Source of the DNA: Candidatus Bathyarchaeota archaeon RBG_13_60_20
Lineage (GTDB): Archaea > Thermoproteota > Bathyarchaeia > TCS64
Direction of reading: 5' to 3'
Length of the DNA stretch: 42,769 bases
Assembly: GCA_001775965.1 (NCBI GenBank)
Contig: MEZG01000043.1
Span: 1 to 42,769 of the forward strand
Position 1 is the first letter of the stretch. The number at the start of each line of letters is the position of its first letter. The position numbers and the translations under genes are program-made. Positions 41,477 to 42,769 of this stretch are shown piece by piece. The notes under the pieces were generated by a model, which saw nothing but the letters and a program-made list of their open reading frames with translations, was not told where the DNA came from and did not search any database.

Positions 41477-41611
41477 ATCAGTTCACTTTAGGCTAGCTTA
41501 AATCGTATTTCTTTATCCCCAACCATTATAAACCTATCCCCATGGACAAACTCGCTATGATGCCCAGCGCACACAATTCGCAACGTATTTAGGCGTGCCT
41601 AACACAATCAT

Positions 41612-42088
41612 ATGATCTTGATGGTTAAAATAGGTGTGATGATTTGCGACCGCAACCGCACGTGCACCGGCAACAAGTGCTTCAAGTCCATCCTTGAGCG
41701 CGACGGCGCCTTCGCCAAGTACCCGAAGGACGAGCCCATCGAGGTGGTGGGCTGGATGGCCTGTGGGGGCTGCCCTGGAGAGCGCCTGGAGTACGCGCCC
41801 GCCGACATGAAGAAGTACGGGGCTGAGGAGATATACCTGGCCAGCTGCTACCTGGCCGGCTACCCCATCTGCCCCTACATTGAGGACCACAAGAACTACA
41901 TCGAGACCGTGGTGGGGCTCCCCGTGAAGGTGGGCACCCACCCCATGCCGGCCAACTACTTGAAGGCCCACACCAAGATAGGGGACTGGAAGAGGGACGG
42001 CGCCGACAGGTGGCTGGGCCCCGTCACCGGTGACAAGGGCGACGCCGACAAGTACGACTCCACAAACCCCAACTTCCTCAAGAAGTAG
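41612..42088 (+). CDS. CGGC-domain protein
   Basis: It has GWMACGGCPG together with the N-terminal CDRNRTCTGNKC and the downstream SCYLAGYPICPY cysteines. Confidence 0.7.
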   Translation: MILMVKIGVMICDRNRTCTGNKCFKSILERDGAFAKYPKDEPIEVVGWMACGGCPGERLEYAPADMKKYGAEEIYLASCYLAGYPICPYIEDHKNYIETVVGLPVKVGTHPMPANYLKAHTKIGDWKRDGADRWLGPVTGDKGDADKYDSTNPNFLKK

Positions 42089-42190
42089 GGCCCCCCTCAA
42101 CGCTCAGCCCCACGGATGAACACCTTCCTTAACCCACCCGGAATCAAAACGTTTTAGACTAGCAATCACGCGAATCAGACTGGACACTGT

Positions 42191-42730
42191 TTGCGCCCCC
42201 AGGACAGATTCAGCAGGTTGGCGGGCAGGCTCAGGCTGAGCCCCGACGAGTCGGCTCACGCAGCGGTAGCCATCCTCGTCAGACCCACAACCGACGACCT
42301 GGAGTTCTTCCTGGTCAAACGGGCCGAGGCCCTCGGCGATCCTTGGAGCGGCGACATGGCCTTCCCAGGGGGCAAGAAGACGCCAGGCGACAGAAGCCTC
42401 ATGGACACTGTGGCGAGGGAGGTCCGAGAGGAGACGGGTATAGACCTTGACGCGTCCCGTGCGGTCGGCTTCATGGAGCCCCTCTTCTCAAACATGCGCA
42501 AGACCCTGTGCGTCCAGCCCATCATCTACAGGCTGGACGAGACGCCCGAGGTGTTCCTCAACGACGAGCTAACGAACTACCTCTGGGCCCCGCTGACCGC
42601 GCTGCGGAGCTCACGGACCCAGGCCACGGTCAAGGGGTGGAAAGAACCAGTGTTCAGGGTGGGCGGCGAAGTGGTCTGGGGCCTCACCTACAGGATGCTA
42701 GAGAAGATATTGGAGATGCTGGGGGATTAA
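42191..42730 (+). CDS. NUDIX hydrolase (CoA-pyrophosphatase-like)
   Basis: It has the Nudix box GGKKTPGDRSLMDTVAREVREETGI. TTG start. Confidence 0.75.
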   Translation: MRPQDRFSRLAGRLRLSPDESAHAAVAILVRPTTDDLEFFLVKRAEALGDPWSGDMAFPGGKKTPGDRSLMDTVAREVREETGIDLDASRAVGFMEPLFSNMRKTLCVQPIIYRLDETPEVFLNDELTNYLWAPLTALRSSRTQATVKGWKEPVFRVGGEVVWGLTYRMLEKILEMLGD

Positions 42731-42769
42731 AGGAGCCGCTTCAGGGCCTTAGCAACCTGGCTGGGCATC
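42727..42769 (-). CDS. C-terminal 13+ codons of an unidentified gene that extends beyond the window
   Basis: The minus strand reads ...PSQVAKALKRLL-TAA. Its stop shares TTAA with the NUDIX stop. The fragment is too short to identify. Confidence 0.25.
   Translation of the reverse strand, partial: MPSQVAKALKRLL

Noticed and set aside
1-42769. Scan of the whole window for CRISPR arrays, tRNA/rRNA genes, IS elements, integrases, and toxin-antitoxin or restriction/defence genes.
   Set aside because: I saw no regularly spaced direct repeats. No tRNA-like acceptor/T-arm signatures appear in any intergenic spacer, there is no rRNA-like sequence, and no transposase, integrase or nuclease motif. The absence rests on visual inspection only. 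tRNAscan-SE, Infernal and ISfinder searches would be decisive.

Overview
This is a high-GC, very gene-dense 42.8 kb chromosomal segment. One line I counted was 41/60 G+C. It reads as archaeal. TTTATAAA/TTTATATA TATA boxes lie about 25-35 nt upstream of near-leaderless starts. GGTGATC/GAGGTGA Shine-Dalgarno sites occur inside operons, and oligo-T runs follow operons. Gene content includes a eukaryote-type topoisomerase IB, a tungsten-type aldehyde:ferredoxin oxidoreductase and an LLM/F420-type oxidoreductase. I infer a TACK-lineage archaeon (Thaumarchaeota/Aigarchaeota-like), but I cannot prove that from the sequence alone. I support about 50 CDS. I found no rRNA, tRNA, CRISPR array or recognisable IS/transposase. 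The left two-thirds is mostly housekeeping and accessory metabolism: gcvPA/gcvPB, SDR, APH-like kinase, NAD-kinase-like protein, M20 peptidase, LLM oxidoreductase, Zn-ADH, GNAT, a large M14 peptidase, a class A beta-lactamase-like protein, two MFS transporters, a tandem MgtE/SLC41-like channel, a 2-hydroxyacid dehydrogenase, an aldo/keto reductase, a DUF1624 acyltransferase-like protein, an ArsR/DUF1724 regulator and an amidohydrolase. Two loci are the best candidates for an undescribed system. (1) At 37.0-42.1 kb, a nine-gene cluster encodes three NifX/NifB-like cofactor-binding proteins, two MinD-type ATPases with inserted 2x[4Fe-4S] modules, an Mrp/NBP35 ATPase, a CGGC protein, a DUF134 regulator and a DUF5320 protein. 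No nitrogenase is present. The cluster has a distinctive triple TGTGC-N4-GCACA operator array around a shared TATA box, an in-frame TGA splitting the DUF5320 gene, and a tandem TATA-plus-perfect-palindrome module in the adjacent convergent spacer. (2) At 14.3-17.3 kb, a translationally coupled four-gene operon encodes uncharacterised membrane proteins with alternating bitopic and polytopic architecture. Other notable items are the complete eukaryote-like TopIB, a MoaD-like GG-tail protein next to an AOR-aldolase pair, an AT-rich island carrying an open small ORF, and a repeat-rich 393-bp noncoding spacer.
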